From: Candidatus Undinarchaeales archaeon SRR5007147.bin71
Lineage (GTDB): Archaea > Undinarchaeota > Undinarchaeia > Undinarchaeales > Undinarchaeaceae
Direction: 5' to 3'
NCBI GenBank assembly: GCA_014189675.1
Contig: DVAE01000010.1
Coordinates: 1-54,083, forward strand
DNA length: 54,083 nt
This document shows, in pieces, positions 52,058-54,083 of the stretch. The stretch's first letter is position 1, and each line of letters opens with the position of its first letter. Under the pieces are notes generated by a model. The model was given only the letters and a program-made list of their open reading frames with translations. It ran no database searches and had not been told where the DNA came from. The position numbers and the translations under genes were made by a program.

Positions 52058-53659
52058 CTACTCATGTGAGAGAATGCACTTAAGTGGTTTTCCTGTAGAT
52101 TCGATTATGGCAAATCCAACACGCTCGAACTGAATGATTTCTCCAGTCTTAAGCTTGCCAACTTCCTTCTGAGAAAGACCTTTAATAGTTTTTCCTGTTT
52201 CCGGCACAAGAATTTCAGTTTCTATTGAATCAGAAGATACCCATTGAAGTTTTTTTGTATTTGACTTAACTTTCTCAGAATCGAACTCGACTTTCCCCTT
52301 CCCTATAAACTTAACATTAAAAAGGTCTTTAAGCCTGAATATTTCTCCTTTTTTCATTGATTTTGCATCTTCTTTCGGAATGTAAAAAGTTCCCTTTGAC
52401 TTAACTTCGATTTTCTCAGGAGATGGAACAAAAAAGTAATGTTTTGCTGTCGGGCTAAGAATCTTCCTGTTTATTGTGTTTAATGCATCCATGCTTATAG
52501 TAGTGCTTCCGGAAGTCATTCGAACCTCCTTTGCGAGACGCTCGAGTGTTTCGGGAACAATTCCTCGCCTTCGGAGAGCCTGGAGGGTTGCAAGGCGTGG
52601 GTCATCCCAGCCACTTACCTTTCCGCTGTCAATAAGCTTCTGGATTTCCCTCTTAGATGTAGGAGTCCCCTCTAGATTTATTCTAGAATAGGATATAATG
52701 TGCGGGCTGTCCATGCCAAGAAGTTCCCTTATAGTATTCTGCAGTTCATCCCTCTGCTGGAACTCATTTGAGCGAAGAACGTGGGTGACCCCGCATTTTG
52801 CATCCTCTATTGCATTGGCAAAATCATATAGAGGCCAGACCCTGTATTTAGTTCCCTGTAATGGATGCTCAGCCTCGACAATTCTCATTATAGTGGGGTC
52901 ACGGAGAGTTGTGTTTTTAGATTTCATATCAAGTTTCAAGCGAAGTGTTGCACTCCCTTGTTTGAGTGTCTTCTTCATTTCTCTGAATAGTTTAAGATTT
53001 TCTTTTGAGGAATTCTTGCGGCACGTGCATTCCTCACCATCATAACGAAGTTTTCTTGATGTCTCAACAAGACACCTGCAAACGTAGGCATTTCCGGAAT
53101 TTATTAGAGATTCAGCATGTTTGTAGAATAATTCAATGTCATCTGAGTTGCTTTTTATTTTGTCACATTTTATGCCAAGCCAGGCGAGATCTTCTTTGAT
53201 TGCATCATAATATTCTGTACGCTCCTTCTCAGGATTTGTATCCTCAAACCTGAGAATTAGATTTCCGGAATATTTTTTCGCATAGTAATGATTGAAAAAG
53301 AATGAAACTGCGTGCCCGATGTGGAGATATCCGTTCGGCTCAGGGGCAAGCCGCGTTACAAATTCCCCTTTTTTTGCACCAGGAAGTTCGGGAAGCTCCC
53401 GTTCAGCTATTTCTTTTTTTTCGAAAAAGTCAGGATTTTCTTTTCTTAAGAGAGTCTCCATTTCCTCAAGACTAAGCTTGTTGACGTCCTTTACAGCTTT
53501 GGAAATGTGCTTTCTCAGGTTTACGATGTCATCTTTCAAAGAGGGATCTGAAGAAAGTGCTTTTCCAAGAACAGCTCCTTCGCTTGCTTTTCCTTTATGA
53601 AGAAATGCATTTTCAACAGCAAAAATGAAAACATCATGCTCTATCTTTTTGGCAACCAT
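52058..53659 (-). CDS. gltX: Glutamyl-tRNA synthetase (archaeal GluRS/GlxRS type)
   Basis: PEPNGYLHIGHA (HIGH), RFEDTNPE, VRMTSGS (KMSKS-like). Archaeal/eukaryotic-type length. Confidence 0.9.
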   Translation of the reverse strand: MVAKKIEHDVFIFAVENAFLHKGKASEGAVLGKALSSDPSLKDDIVNLRKHISKAVKDVNKLSLEEMETLLRKENPDFFEKKEIAERELPELPGAKKGEFVTRLAPEPNGYLHIGHAVSFFFNHYYAKKYSGNLILRFEDTNPEKERTEYYDAIKEDLAWLGIKCDKIKSNSDDIELFYKHAESLINSGNAYVCRCLVETSRKLRYDGEECTCRKNSSKENLKLFREMKKTLKQGSATLRLKLDMKSKNTTLRDPTIMRIVEAEHPLQGTKYRVWPLYDFANAIEDAKCGVTHVLRSNEFQQRDELQNTIRELLGMDSPHIISYSRINLEGTPTSKREIQKLIDSGKVSGWDDPRLATLQALRRRGIVPETLERLAKEVRMTSGSTTISMDALNTINRKILSPTAKHYFFVPSPEKIEVKSKGTFYIPKEDAKSMKKGEIFRLKDLFNVKFIGKGKVEFDSEKVKSNTKKLQWVSSDSIETEILVPETGKTIKGLSQKEVGKLKTGEIIQFERVGFAIIESTGKPLKCILSHE

Positions 53660-53681
53660 AGTTTAAACTTAGATAATAAAG

Positions 53682-54083
53682 TTAAATAGATATCCTCCTG
53701 CCGTTTTTTAGCAGGTGGACGTTCTTACCAATAATGTATTTGTCATGCCCGAGCTCCTTGTTTATCTCCTCTGCAAGAGTTCCAAAGGCGGTGAGTTTTT
53801 CAATATCGCCGTGGCACGGTATGATGTGCTCAGGCTGAACCATGTGAAGGAATTCTCGGTGGTCCTCTCTTGCAGAGTGACCGGAAACATGAACATCCCT
53901 GAATATTCTGGCTCCCTGGGAAGTCAGCATATCCTCGAGGCGCTTCCTGTTCTTTATATTTACTGGAGTTGGGATTGTAATACAGGAGAACATTATTTTG
54001 TCGCCCGGATCCACTGTAAACGCATATTCCTTTCGGGCTATCCTTGAGAGAATTGCGTTTGGTTCTCCCTGACCACCTGTGCA
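53682..54083 (-). CDS. rnj: Ribonuclease J / beta-CASP metallo-beta-lactamase RNase (C-terminal part; the gene runs off the right edge)
   Basis: The frame stays open to 54083: ...CTGGQGEPNAILSRIARKEYAFTVDPGDKIMFSCITIP...HVSGHSAREDH...IPCHGD (beta-CASP motifs B/C). Confidence 0.8.
   Translation of the reverse strand, partial: CTGGQGEPNAILSRIARKEYAFTVDPGDKIMFSCITIPTPVNIKNRKRLEDMLTSQGARIFRDVHVSGHSAREDHREFLHMVQPEHIIPCHGDIEKLTAFGTLAEEINKELGHDKYIIGKNVHLLKNGRRISI

Overview
This is a densely packed archaeal chromosomal window. The archaeal assignment rests on eS1, eL21, eL24, eS28, L7Ae, TFE, Rpo4/F, Hjc, class I LysRS, the archaeal class I CCA-adding enzyme, Kae1/Bud32, and TATA boxes about 26 nt upstream of start codons and RNA 5' ends. 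Lineage cannot be fixed from sequence alone; the content fits a small-genome uncultivated archaeon. Three conserved archaeal syntenies are present: ftsZ-secE-spt5(nusG)-rpl11, rpl21e-rpoF-DUF655-ksgA, and rpl7ae-rps28e-rpl24e-ndk. RNA genes not explained by the ORF track are five tRNAs (Gln-CUG, Ser-UGA, Val-UAC, Gly-GCC, Thr-GGU) and an SRP (7S) RNA carrying the invariant GGUCAGGUCCGGAAGGAAGCAGCC motif. Housekeeping genes include LysRS, GluRS, CCA enzyme, Trm56, KsgA, Ndk, MDH, SOD, dCMP deaminase, ITPase, TrkAH, an RNase J fragment and two ABC systems. A RuBisCO large subunit with all catalytic motifs intact sits about 20 kb from an eIF-2B-family sugar-phosphate isomerase. Points worth a second look: (1) a surface-biogenesis block holding two Wzy-like polymerase paralogs, an ABC-2 exporter and a roughly 1,300-aa hyper-sequon-rich surface protein that ends in a TM helix plus a cytoplasmic OB-fold; (2) charged low-complexity or tandem-repeat tails on TFE (SPKK-like, lysine-rich), uL11, L7Ae, eS28 and eL24; (3) two perfect 58-bp tandem units after tRNA-Ser, each rebuilding an acceptor-stem-like hairpin, and a decayed 3'-half copy after tRNA-Val; (4) sub-60-aa ORFs (Cys-rich peptide, TM peptide with a basic C-tail) directly upstream of tandem CPBP intramembrane proteases; (5) a conserved but uncharacterised GTPase/DUF2073/Zn-ribbon triad whose GTPase carries a SAP-like insertion; (6) a 66-bp TIR element with an 11-bp direct duplication at the hjc stop codon; (7) a candidate C/D box sRNA. 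No CRISPR array, integrase, transposase or recognisable defence system was seen. Many adjacent genes overlap by ATGA or a few nt, which suggests operons. Several genes appear leaderless and others have GGAGG-type SD sequences.
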